A program made the translations under genes and the position numbers. The notes beneath the pieces are model-generated. The model was not told the origin of the DNA and ran no database searches. It saw only the letters and a list, made by a program, of their open reading frames with translations. From Phycisphaeraceae bacterium (GTDB lineage: Bacteria > Planctomycetota > Phycisphaerae > Phycisphaerales > Phycisphaeraceae), in NCBI GenBank assembly GCA_963674705.1, contig OY771506.1, forward strand, positions 3,264,001-3,328,000: 64,000 bases of DNA, written 5' to 3'. Position 1 is the stretch's first letter, and each line of letters starts with the position of its first letter. Shown piece by piece: positions 28,807 to 37,091 of the stretch.

Positions 28807-29874
28807 TCAGGCGGCGCTGATCGCGCCTTCTTGTTGTAAGTCGTCGAAACATAGCAGGTTGCCTGCCTTGACGGGGCGGACGAGAAATTTTCCTGTAAGA
28901 CTTTTTAGCTCGCTTGCGGGGATCCCCGTCCCAGGCCGCATTACCGTCAGGTCCTGTTCGCTCAACCGATGCCCGGCCGGCAGGTCGCGCGCGGCCGCCA
29001 CACTCTGCCGGGACACCGTCCTGACATCCGCTTCCACATCCAGCACCTGCTTGGCGATCGGCCCCAGCATTGCCTGCGTACGTCGAACCTGCCTGACGTA
29101 TTCGCTGAACTGATCCGGATCGGCGCTGGCCGCGTGGTCAGGTCCGTCGGCTTCGCGGTCATAAGTCAAGTGTTTTTCAAGCACAACAGCACCCGCCGCC
29201 ACCGCCAACGCGCCGGTTGTTACCTCCTGTGTGTGGTCGGAATACCCGACCGCCACGTCGAACCGCTCGCTGATGGCTCTAATCCCGCCCAGCGCCGCGT
29301 CACCGACCGGTGTCGGGTAACTCGACACGCATTGCAGCATGCATCCGCCGGCCTGGTGCTGCCTGAGCAGGTCCGCCGCGGGAGCGAGTTCATCCAGCGT
29401 GCAGGTGCCCGTAGAGATCAGCATGGGCTTGCCAAGTCCAGCTACCGCTTCGAGTAACGGCAGATTCACCGCGTCCGGCGAAGCAATCTTCACCTCATCC
29501 ACACCCAAATCCGCAAGCTCAGCCACATTCCCCAGGCTGAAAGGCGTCACAATCAGCTTCAAGCCCAGCAGCCGCGCCCGCTCTGCTAACTGCCTGATCT
29601 CGTCCGGCTTCAGCATGAGGTCGCGCAGTAACGCTTTAGCATTACATGCTTTACCGACTTGGTACGAAGCCAGCATCGACTGGCTCGACAGCAACTGATC
29701 CGGATCAAAAAGCTGCAGCTTTACCGCATCCGCACCCGCCGCCTTCGCCACCTCGATCAGCATCCGCCCACGGTCCACCTGGCCATCATGGTTCACTCCG
29801 ATCTCCGCGATCACACCCACCCAAGATGCCCGAGCCGTATCAGCTTGCCAGTACCAGCATTTCTGTGCTTCCAT
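28807..29874 (-). CDS. N-acetylneuraminate synthase family protein (NeuB/SpsE/PseI) with C-terminal SAF domain
   Basis: IAEIGVNHDG, GADAVKLQ, ISTG, CVSSYPTP, VGYSDHT, LEKHLT, GPDHAAS, RPGTGI. Confidence 0.93.
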   Translation of the reverse strand: MEAQKCWYWQADTARASWVGVIAEIGVNHDGQVDRGRMLIEVAKAAGADAVKLQLFDPDQLLSSQSMLASYQVGKACNAKALLRDLMLKPDEIRQLAERARLLGLKLIVTPFSLGNVAELADLGVDEVKIASPDAVNLPLLEAVAGLGKPMLISTGTCTLDELAPAADLLRQHQAGGCMLQCVSSYPTPVGDAALGGIRAISERFDVAVGYSDHTQEVTTGALAVAAGAVVLEKHLTYDREADGPDHAASADPDQFSEYVRQVRRTQAMLGPIAKQVLDVEADVRTVSRQSVAAARDLPAGHRLSEQDLTVMRPGTGIPASELKSLTGKFLVRPVKAGNLLCFDDLQQEGAISAA

Positions 29875-29950
29875 GCACTTTCTTATCGGCGATGTTTGAC
29901 CCAAACCGACACACACGATACCGTTTCTCGCTCAACACCCGTTTGTTCGG

Positions 29951-30005
29951 CCCCCGGAAGCACCCCCGGAAGCCTGGAAGCCCGTAAGCCCCGAAGCTTT
30001 GAAGC
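29951..30005 (+). repeat. Degenerate tandem repeat of CCGGAAGC-like units upstream of tRNA
   Basis: ccccggaagc acccccggaagc ctggaagc ccgtaagc cccgaagc tttgaagc. Confidence 0.6.
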
Positions 30006-30064
30006 GTTTGACCCCGTATCGCTTCCGCCCGCACCTGCCGCAACAACCGGGTCAAAATACCCCT

Positions 30065-30137
30065 GGTCGGGTAGCTCAGTTGGTAGAGCATCGGCCTTTT
30101 AAGCCGCTGGTCCTGGGTTCGAGTCCCAGCCCGATCA
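30065..30137 (+). tRNA. tRNA-Lys (anticodon TTT), no encoded CCA
   Basis: GGTCGGGTAGCTCAGTTGGTAGAGCATCGGCCT-TTT-AAGCCGCTGGTCCTGGGTTCGAGTCCCAGCCCGATCA. Confidence 0.96.
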
Positions 30138-30147
30138 CTTCATGAAC

Positions 30148-30181
30148 AACCGCTCAAGCCACCAGGCAGGGCGGTTTTTTT
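30148..30181 (+). terminator. Intrinsic terminator after tRNA-Lys(TTT)
   Basis: AACCGCTC...GGGCGGTT plus T run. Confidence 0.65.
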
Positions 30182-30397
30182 ATTGGATGAAAGGTTGTTG
30201 AAGTGGGGCGGTTCGGCCGAACCGTGATTGCGCGCACGGGCCGCATACACGACAGGCCTGTGCGCCCATGCAGTGGTGGAAAACTGAGCTTCCCGATGCG
30301 CCTGATTTGCACGTCGGCGTGTGGTGGTTTAGGCCACGAATGAGCTTTTGCGCTGGCTTGTGAATACTGCCTGACCGCGCGGTTATTGGAGGAAATA

Positions 30398-30432
30398 TTT
30401 AGCCACGGATGAACACAGATGAACACGGATTA
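30398..30432 (+). repeat. 10-nt-period repeat element (family R4), second copy at 31595-31619
   Basis: TTTAGCCACGGATGAACACAGATGAACACGGATTA versus TTTAGCCACGGATGAACACGGATTA. Confidence 0.8.
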
Positions 30433-30541
30433 AGAATCCGTTTTGATGAGCCAAGTATCTTGCACCCAGTGACCGTAATAACTATGGTTTGTTGCACTTA
30501 CTATTTGTCTAATGCGATGGTGATGCGTAAAGGCTGCAACC

Positions 30542-30976
30542 ATGACAGCGAAACAGTCGACCAAGGCCTATGCCATCGCAGGTTTGATCGGCTTGGTGAT
30601 TGCCGGGATTAGTTTGTTAATCTTGTTCGCATTGGTCAGCGAAGGGGAGGAGGCAGTGCTTCCGGGCTTACTGATTTATCTGGCGCTAGGCACCGTTGTT
30701 TCATTTGTCGCGGGAGCGGCGGCCGTTGTCTTCACCGGTCGAGAAACGTGGATGATAAAAGGTGTGCTGGCATGTCCGGTGATATATCTATTGTGCGTGA
30801 TCTGGATCGGTACAGCGATTGCGAGCGACGATGTTGGTTCAAATGATCCCGCTCGCTGGAATTTTATGATTCCATTATTGGTGTCGATCTTGTTCAGCGT
30901 GCTCGGTGCGGCCGCTGGAATACCTATCATGCGGTATCGAGAAAAGCTGCCAGCACAGGTGAGAAGTGAAGATTAG
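30542..30976 (+). CDS. Hypothetical membrane protein (about four TM helices)
   Basis: 144-aa ORF with four hydrophobic segments. Confidence 0.7.
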   Translation: MTAKQSTKAYAIAGLIGLVIAGISLLILFALVSEGEEAVLPGLLIYLALGTVVSFVAGAAAVVFTGRETWMIKGVLACPVIYLLCVIWIGTAIASDDVGSNDPARWNFMIPLLVSILFSVLGAAAGIPIMRYREKLPAQVRSED

Positions 30977-31133
30977 CACGTTATCATCGTCAGGTTGATG
31001 CCATGAGATATAAGATCAGGTGACCTTTCCCACGAATGGTGGATACGGTCGGGGATGTCGATCAGATCGGCAGACCGCGCCGAGCGCCGGGGGAGAGAGC
31101 GAAGCGACGATAACACATTATGGTGTATGACTT

Positions 31134-31556
31134 ATGAGCATAGATTTATACGTAATCATTCTGATCGATGACAATACACCGGCTGGAGGTCGGCCTTTTG
31201 AAAACGATCCTTCTATCTGGTCTTTTCGTGAAGACTATGGCTTGGTTGGGTGCAAAGATTATTTGTTTATATCAGCAATCAGTGGCATCCGTTCACAAGG
31301 TGAATTTATTCCTCTATACGCTATGCGCGGCTTGCCGGATGACTTCGCATTATCAAGCACTCTGGGTGACAAATATCAGCTTGATGGGCATACGGGTTGG
31401 TTAAACGCATCTGAATTAAAATCGGCGCTTGCGCATGCGAAGAATGACTACAAGATGTATGCAAGACCCGTGCGTGTTCTTCTAGAAGTTATCGACCTTC
31501 TGGCAAAAACGTATGGATCAGATCGTGTTCGACTTGTTTTCGACATACAAACCTGA
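31134..31556 (+). CDS. Hypothetical protein (AT-rich orphan)
   Basis: 140-aa ORF; GIR...P....RGLPDD and terminal RVRLVFD look like a small conserved soluble fold that I cannot name. Confidence 0.7.
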   Translation: MSIDLYVIILIDDNTPAGGRPFENDPSIWSFREDYGLVGCKDYLFISAISGIRSQGEFIPLYAMRGLPDDFALSSTLGDKYQLDGHTGWLNASELKSALAHAKNDYKMYARPVRVLLEVIDLLAKTYGSDRVRLVFDIQT

Positions 31557-31936
31557 TTGGCGTCAAAGGTGGATGGTTCGACAAGGTGGAGATGTTTAGC
31601 CACGGATGAACACGGATTATTGAGGCGGTTGTAAGGGGGTGGGCGGCTTTGTGGCAGTCCAAGGTCTCAGCTTAGATGCTTGATTGAGAAATGGGGACAT
31701 TCTACATTTCAATCCCTGCCGGGAATGCGGTAATATTATAGATGAGTAGATACATATGAAGAAACACTCTACATACAAGGCAAATATTTTTATCGCATAT
31801 GTATTATGTACGATATCTATCGTACTCTCATTATTGAATTACTATAACATCTGCTCAGACGTATGGCGTATTGTGTCTATTATTTTTTTGGCAATATCGT
31901 TTTCTATATTTGGTATCTATGCCGTACTCGCAACTA

Positions 31937-32836
31937 GAACCTGTTTCAAAACTGTCTCAGTGTAATCAGTAGGCATGCGACGTGGAAGAACGCCTGATAC
32001 ATCTTGATTTGCCGTTCGTAACGCACGACCAGCCGGCGGAAGTTGCCGATCCAGGCGATGCTGCGTTCGATTTTCCAGCGGCGCTTGTACCGCCGAAGCT
32101 TGCGTCCGTCCTGTGTCGCGGGTTTGATCCGGTTGGTCTTGTGCGGGCAGATCAGGTCGATGCCACGACGCTTGAGACGCTTGCGCAACGGGTCGCTGTC
32201 GGCGGCCTTGTCGTAAACCAGTCGCCTGGGGTTCTTGCGGGGTCGGCCTCTGCCCGCACGCGGCACGGCCACACGCTGAAGCGTGGACTCGATCAGCGTC
32301 GCTTCGTGCGGGGACGCCGAGGTGAGTTGAACTCCCAGAGGAATACCTTGGCCGCTTGCCACCACCATCCACTTTGTACCCTTGCCGCGTTTGGTCTTGC
32401 CGACGCACAGGCCCCTTTTTTTGCCGGGGCAAAGCTGCCGTCGGCGAATGTTTCTTCCCAATCGAGTCGGCCTTGTTCATCCAACTCGCCCAGGGATGCA
32501 CGCCAGATCAAGAGCCAGACATCGGCGTCTTCCCAATCGCGTAATCTGCGCCAGCACGTGCTCGGCGACGGGTACTGCGCGGGTAAGTCTTTCCAACGCG
32601 CGCCGCTGCGCAGCACCCACAAGATGCCTTCGAAGCACCGCCGATCGCTGACGCGTTTACGCCCGCCTTTGGGTGACGGCTTAACCTTAGGCAGCAGCGG
32701 TTCGATCTTGTTCCACTGTTCGTCCGTGAGTTCTGAATCGTGTCGTGCCATGAAAAGGGCTCCTTCCCATGGCCGATTGGATCATAAGTGCGCCAAGGGC
32801 GCAAGTTTAGAAACTATATGGTTTTGAAACAGGCTC
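31937..32836 (-). mobile_element. IS5-family insertion sequence (IS427-like group), 900 bp
   Basis: Terminal inverted repeats GAACCTGTTTCAAAAC and GAGCCTGTTTCAAAAC, TA duplication within CTAG at both ends, GC-rich within AT-rich flanks. Confidence 0.92.
31946..32751 (-). CDS. IS5-family transposase encoded by two ORFs joined by a probable -1 frameshift
   Basis: orfA ELTDEQWNKIEPLLP...GILWVLRSGARWKDLP; orfB GKTKRGKGTK...YDKAAD...YKRRWKIERSIAW; slippery A7G at 32415-32422. Confidence 0.9.
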
Positions 32837-33085
32837 TAGAAGAAAAGAACAGAATATGGTGGAATGAAAGATTATCACAAGAGGGGAAGAAGGTAAGAAA
32901 ACAGAAGAAAAGGAGGTATTCTACTTTACTAATAATCGTCGGTTTCGTATCCGCCGAAATGAATGCCTGTAAAGTAGAATGTCCCCTTTTCTGTCCCACA
33001 ATCCTCTTGGCCGCTACAGCATTGACGACGAATCACTTGCCGCCTAAGTTGACGGCGTTCGTCCCTGACATCTTTGTCGGCCCCA

Positions 33086-33493
33086 TTACTTACTCACACC
33101 AATACCTTTCACAACACCATCTTCAACTCCAACAAAAAAGCCATCATAAGCAACCAATTTCTTCCCGATAAGTTGCGCATCATGTACATTGATCGATCCC
33201 ACACCATGGACTTTCTGAACATCTGTCATCAAACTTCCTATCTGAAATGACCCATCTAACATTTCATATTCAACATTCTCGGTGTAAATTGCAAATACTT
33301 CTTTAGTCGCATCGGCATAAATGTAGACGCCGTCTTCTGTTATCTTAGATTCGACTTCGGCACCCAACTTCCAAGATCCAATCGATTCACCAGGAATGAT
33401 CATATTAGTTGATGGCTCGTTGCCGGGGTTTGAGCATGCATTAAGCAAAAACAAAAAAATCATGACCAGATTAAACTTGAGTAATGTATTCAT
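33086..33493 (-). CDS. Hypothetical lipoprotein (AT-rich orphan)
   Basis: Lipobox LLNA-C; IIPGESIG..KLG and IGS...DV...HG segments. Confidence 0.75.
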   Translation of the reverse strand: MNTLLKFNLVMIFLFLLNACSNPGNEPSTNMIIPGESIGSWKLGAEVESKITEDGVYIYADATKEVFAIYTENVEYEMLDGSFQIGSLMTDVQKVHGVGSINVHDAQLIGKKLVAYDGFFVGVEDGVVKGIGVSK

Positions 33494-33610
33494 AGTACAC
33501 CCTATCTTAATCGAGAAGACCTACATACTCTAAGGTATTTATATTGAAAGCAACAATATCTGCGGTCACCCCTTGAATCCCTTCTTTCATTCCGCCGTTG
33601 CCGTGGCTGA

Positions 33611-33655
33611 AAAGGGGACATTCTACTATATTGTGAAAAGTAGAATGTCCCCTTT
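33611..33655. repeat. Inverted repeat doublet (family R5, GGGGACATTCTAC)
   Basis: AAAGGGGACATTCTACT-11 nt-AGTAGAATGTCCCCTTT, perfect 17-bp arms; single arms at 31693-31705 and 32974-32986. Confidence 0.85.
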
Positions 33656-33700
33656 ATCCTCCACGCTACTTGCTACAAAACAGTAATCCATGCAGCTTGC

Positions 33701-34849
33701 TTATGCTGCCGGCCGACGTAGTACTGCCAGACCGCCGAGGCCTAGCAGCGTGAGGCTGATCGGCTCTGGGACGTTGCTTGTGCTCGGGGCGGTGCCAGTG
33801 TTCCAGTTGTTTAGAAGGATGTCCAGGTCATCAAGACCGACATACCCGTCGCCGGTTAAATCTCCAGCCTGTGGATTACCGATTCCAGCGTTTTCATTCC
33901 AGTGGTTGAGGATGATATCCAGGTCGACGAGGCCGACGAAACCGTCGAAGTTGAGGTCACCCGTGAGGGCCGGATCGATCCTCAGAATCCGATCGTTACC
34001 CAGTTCGGATACGTAGAGCGCCCCGTCGGGGCCGAACGCGATCGTGCTGAAAGTCAGATCAAAACCCGTGCCGATGATTCTGGAATTGCCCAAGGCGTCG
34101 TATCGAAGCAACATACCACCCGACACAGCGTAGAGGTCGTATCCGAATGATCCGCCGTTGCCAAAGTCGATGATGGACCTGGCGGGATTGGTTGCGAATG
34201 AGTCGTCTATTAGCGTACCGTCTGAATCATTTACCGTGATCGTGCCGTTTTCCATACCAACAACAATACGGTCCGATGGAGTGACCGCGATCGACTGCGG
34301 TCTTAGTGTTGAGGGAAACGAATAAAGTGTCGTGGTGCCCGAATCCGAGCCGACCGTTATGCTATGCAAGCCCCAGTCGGCAATCAGCAAACGGCCGGTA
34401 CTGTCAAACAGCATATCGTTCGGATTGCCTGTTCCCGTGCTGTACAGATCAATGACCGATTCGTCCGGGAGGATAGCCCACAGATGGCCGGTACTGGCCC
34501 CGTATGCTTTGCCGCTCACAAGTATCGCTCCCGGTGTGCCTGAAATCGTCCCATCTGCATCGAACAGAACATTGTCAGGGTCTGGAATGGCCGTGTCACC
34601 GTACTCGGTGACCGTCGTCCCACCTGGTCCGACTCGGTGAATCCGTACGGCATCCTGATTATGCCCGCCGGACCCGATGTTATCCCTCCCAACAAACAGG
34701 TTGCCGTCGTCATCGAACGTGATGTGCATGGGATCGGTCACGTCGGCATAGACTTGTACTTCGAAGCCCCATACGTTGGGCAGGTCCGTAGCAGACGCAT
34801 GCGCCTCACTCAAAACCAGCGCGATCAGCACCATACAGATTTGACGCAC
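33701..34849 (-). CDS. Secreted beta-propeller-like PEP-CTERM protein with dockerin-like pair
   Basis: Signal peptide; blades FDDDGNLFV, FDSTGRLLI, FGPDGALYV; GDLNFDGFVGLVDL; VPEPISLTLLGLGGLAVLRR. Confidence 0.85.
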   Translation of the reverse strand: MRQICMVLIALVLSEAHASATDLPNVWGFEVQVYADVTDPMHITFDDDGNLFVGRDNIGSGGHNQDAVRIHRVGPGGTTVTEYGDTAIPDPDNVLFDADGTISGTPGAILVSGKAYGASTGHLWAILPDESVIDLYSTGTGNPNDMLFDSTGRLLIADWGLHSITVGSDSGTTTLYSFPSTLRPQSIAVTPSDRIVVGMENGTITVNDSDGTLIDDSFATNPARSIIDFGNGGSFGYDLYAVSGGMLLRYDALGNSRIIGTGFDLTFSTIAFGPDGALYVSELGNDRILRIDPALTGDLNFDGFVGLVDLDIILNHWNENAGIGNPQAGDLTGDGYVGLDDLDILLNNWNTGTAPSTSNVPEPISLTLLGLGGLAVLRRPAA

Positions 34850-35215
34850 AAAACACCCCCTTGCAGGTAGACGCTAAAACTTCACCGATACTTCCCATTA
34901 GGTCTCAGTCCGACTACGACGCCGGGCACGTTGATACCAATGTAACGCCTTCCACCCCAAGGTCCAAGACCATTTAACCCGATTCTCACCGCACTTTCCA
35001 TGATTCTTACTGCGAATCGACGTTCCAGCAGTCCGCACCATGACCCAGGAAGTTTACCCATACTGACATCGGTATGCCCATGTTTCACCCCAGCATATAG
35101 CGTGGGTTTCGTATTGTGGGGTTGTGCTTCGCTTAACGCCACTCTACGGCAGAGTGGGGCCCTTGCTACTTACTGATCACGTGTTTGTTGATCATGTTTG
35201 TGCAAGGTTGTCGGC

Positions 35216-35249
35216 CCTCACCCCGGCCCTCTCCCGGGGGGAGAGGGGG
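35216..35249. repeat. REP-like hairpin (CCCTCACCCCGGCCCTCTCCC...GGGAGAGGG)
   Basis: CCCTCTCCC / GGGAGAGGG inverted repeat in intergenic DNA downstream of the dehydrogenase. Confidence 0.6.
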
Positions 35250-35312
35250 TAAGGCGGACTTTTCTTTTACTGTCTGAACGTGCTGGCTGTGGTTTTCTTA
35301 ACGAGCGTTTAA

Positions 35313-36809
35313 TCATTGCTCGACAGCGCGATTCAGGTAGCTTAGTTTTGCGATGCGGCCGGGGCGGTTGAAGAGGATGTAGATGCTGCCATCCGGGGCG
35401 CAGGCGACGTCGCGGATGCGGCCCAGGTCTTTGAGGATGACTTCCTGATGGATGACGCGGTCGTTGTCGAGTACGAGGCGGCGTAGTTCTTCGTGTGCCA
35501 GTGCGCCGGCGAAGAGGTTGCCTTGCCAGCGGGTGAAGGGGCCATGGTTGTATGCGTCGAGGCCGCAGGCGGCGATGGAGGGGACCCAATACAAGACGGG
35601 TTGGTCCATGCCTTGTTTTTTGAATTCATCGGTGATGATGGTTCCGTTGTAGTTGATGCCGTAGGTGATGACGGGCCAGCCGTAGTTGTGGCCGGGCTTG
35701 ATGAGGTTCAGTTCGTCGCCGCCCCTCGGGCCGTGTTCGGTGATCCAGAGTTGATCGGTATCGGGGTGGATGGCGAGGCCTTGCGGGTTGCGGTGGCCGT
35801 AGGAATAGATGGAGGGGTAAACGTTACCGCCTTCGTTTACGAAGGGATTATCGCTGGGGATAGAGCCGTCGCGATTGATGCGGTGGATCTTGCCGTTGGG
35901 TTTGTCGAGTCGTTGTGCATCGTCGCCCGTGCCGCGGTCGCCGATGGCGAAGTAGAGGTAGCCATTTTTATCAAAGACGATCCGGCAGCCGTAGTGATGG
36001 CGGGCGCTGAGGTAGTCTTCTTTGCGTGCTTCGAAGAGTGTCTGCTCGTCGGTCCATTTACCATCGACGATCTTGCCGCGGACGATCTTTGTCATGCCGG
36101 GCGCTTCGACGCTGCCGTCTTCGGAATGGCTGAAAGCCAGGTAAACCCAGTCATTTTCGCCGTCGCCGTAGTTTGGATCGATGTTGACATCGAGCAGCCC
36201 GCCCTGGCTCGCGTAGCGCACAACCGGCGTGCCCTGGATCGGGTTCGGGTCGAGTTTGTCATCGACTAACCAGTACAGCTTTCCGACTTTGTCCGTCACC
36301 AGTGCGCGGTTTTCATCGACAAACGCGATCGACCAGGGCTCTTCCATACCGCCATCGACGATGACTTCGAGCTTAACTTCGTAATCGCGGGTTGTGATCT
36401 TGTCGGGCAGGCCGTGCTTGGGGGTTTCCAGTTTGGCTGGGGCGTTCTTGATATAGCTTGCCAACTCGCTGATTTGTTCATCGTTTAGCAGTGCACCGAA
36501 CGGGGGCATGCCCTTGTCGAGAATGCCTTTGTCGATGCTGCGTTCGATGTAGTCTTGATCTTTATCAATGACCCACTTCTTATCGAGGAACGACGAGCCG
36601 CTGCCGCCCTGGAGGAACTGGCCGTGGCAGCTTGCGCAGTAGCGGATGTAGGTGTTGCGGATGGGGTGGTTGAGGATGTACTCGCTTTTGGAGGGGTCGA
36701 GTTCGTCCTCGGTTTGAGCGAGCGCGGGTTGGCCGGTGGTTAATGTGAAAGCGAGTAGCGCCAGCGCGATAATGGAAAGCCGGTGGGGTGTCGTGTGGTT
36801 GTGATGCAT
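35313..36809 (-). CDS. PQQ-dependent glucose/sorbosone dehydrogenase family protein with N-terminal cytochrome c
   Basis: Signal peptide; CASCH heme motif and MPPF; QGGLLDV, GHRNPQG, EHGPRGGDELN, GHNYGWP. Confidence 0.93.
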   Translation of the reverse strand: MHHNHTTPHRLSIIALALLAFTLTTGQPALAQTEDELDPSKSEYILNHPIRNTYIRYCASCHGQFLQGGSGSSFLDKKWVIDKDQDYIERSIDKGILDKGMPPFGALLNDEQISELASYIKNAPAKLETPKHGLPDKITTRDYEVKLEVIVDGGMEEPWSIAFVDENRALVTDKVGKLYWLVDDKLDPNPIQGTPVVRYASQGGLLDVNIDPNYGDGENDWVYLAFSHSEDGSVEAPGMTKIVRGKIVDGKWTDEQTLFEARKEDYLSARHHYGCRIVFDKNGYLYFAIGDRGTGDDAQRLDKPNGKIHRINRDGSIPSDNPFVNEGGNVYPSIYSYGHRNPQGLAIHPDTDQLWITEHGPRGGDELNLIKPGHNYGWPVITYGINYNGTIITDEFKKQGMDQPVLYWVPSIAACGLDAYNHGPFTRWQGNLFAGALAHEELRRLVLDNDRVIHQEVILKDLGRIRDVACAPDGSIYILFNRPGRIAKLSYLNRAVEQ

Positions 36810-36890
36810 GTTCCGCCTCTAGATCAAAGTGAATCTATATAGGTAGATGCTAGGTGCGGATGGCGGGTTAGACAAGGTGGGGGTGGATGG

Positions 36891-36943
36891 GGAGACCTAC
36901 GGTCGAATGATGTGGCGGGGTCGGGAGACTCGCGCCGAGCGCG
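36891..36943 (-). repeat. REP-like element (family R3)
   Basis: Reverse complement CGCGCTCGGCGCGAGTCTCCCGACCCCGCC...CGACCGTAGGTCTCC. Confidence 0.75.
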
Positions 36944-37030
36944 GGCTGCAACAAGGCGACCCGTGCTACTTGCTGCGTCAACCGCCTTTGCCCTGCGGGT
37001 CAAAGACGGGCACCCGGCATTGGAGTCTGA

Positions 37031-37082
37031 AACGGGTCAGACCTCAAAACGGAGACCTTAAAACGGGGTCAGACCCCGTTTT
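37031..37082. repeat. GGGGTCAGACCCC-type palindromic repeat with partial tandem copy
   Basis: AAAACGGGGTC-A-GACCCCGTTTT is a perfect palindrome; preceded by AAACGGGTCAGACC. Confidence 0.7.
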
Positions 37083-37091
37083 GACAGCCTT

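Larger units (their letters stand above)
31756..32867 (+). pseudogene. Small two-TM protein gene interrupted near its 3' end by the IS5-family element
   Basis: Removing 31937-32838 restores ...YAVLAT-RRKEQNMVE-stop (TGA 32865-32867), a 69-aa ORF. Confidence 0.6.

Noticed and set aside
30190..30390. Possible ncRNA after the tRNA terminator (GCGCACGGGCC...GGCCTGTGCGC hairpin)
   Set aside because: A single GC-rich hairpin with no promoter, terminator or second copy; insufficient evidence.
32788..33171. 127-aa ORF spanning the IS end
   Set aside because: A chimera of IS terminus, host remnant and R5 repeat that overlaps the opposite-strand lipoprotein gene.
30138..33700. Classical tRNA-integrated island or integron
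   Set aside because: No integrase, no duplicated tRNA 3' end (attR) found by eye, and no convincing attC (RYYYAAC...GTTRRRY) sites.
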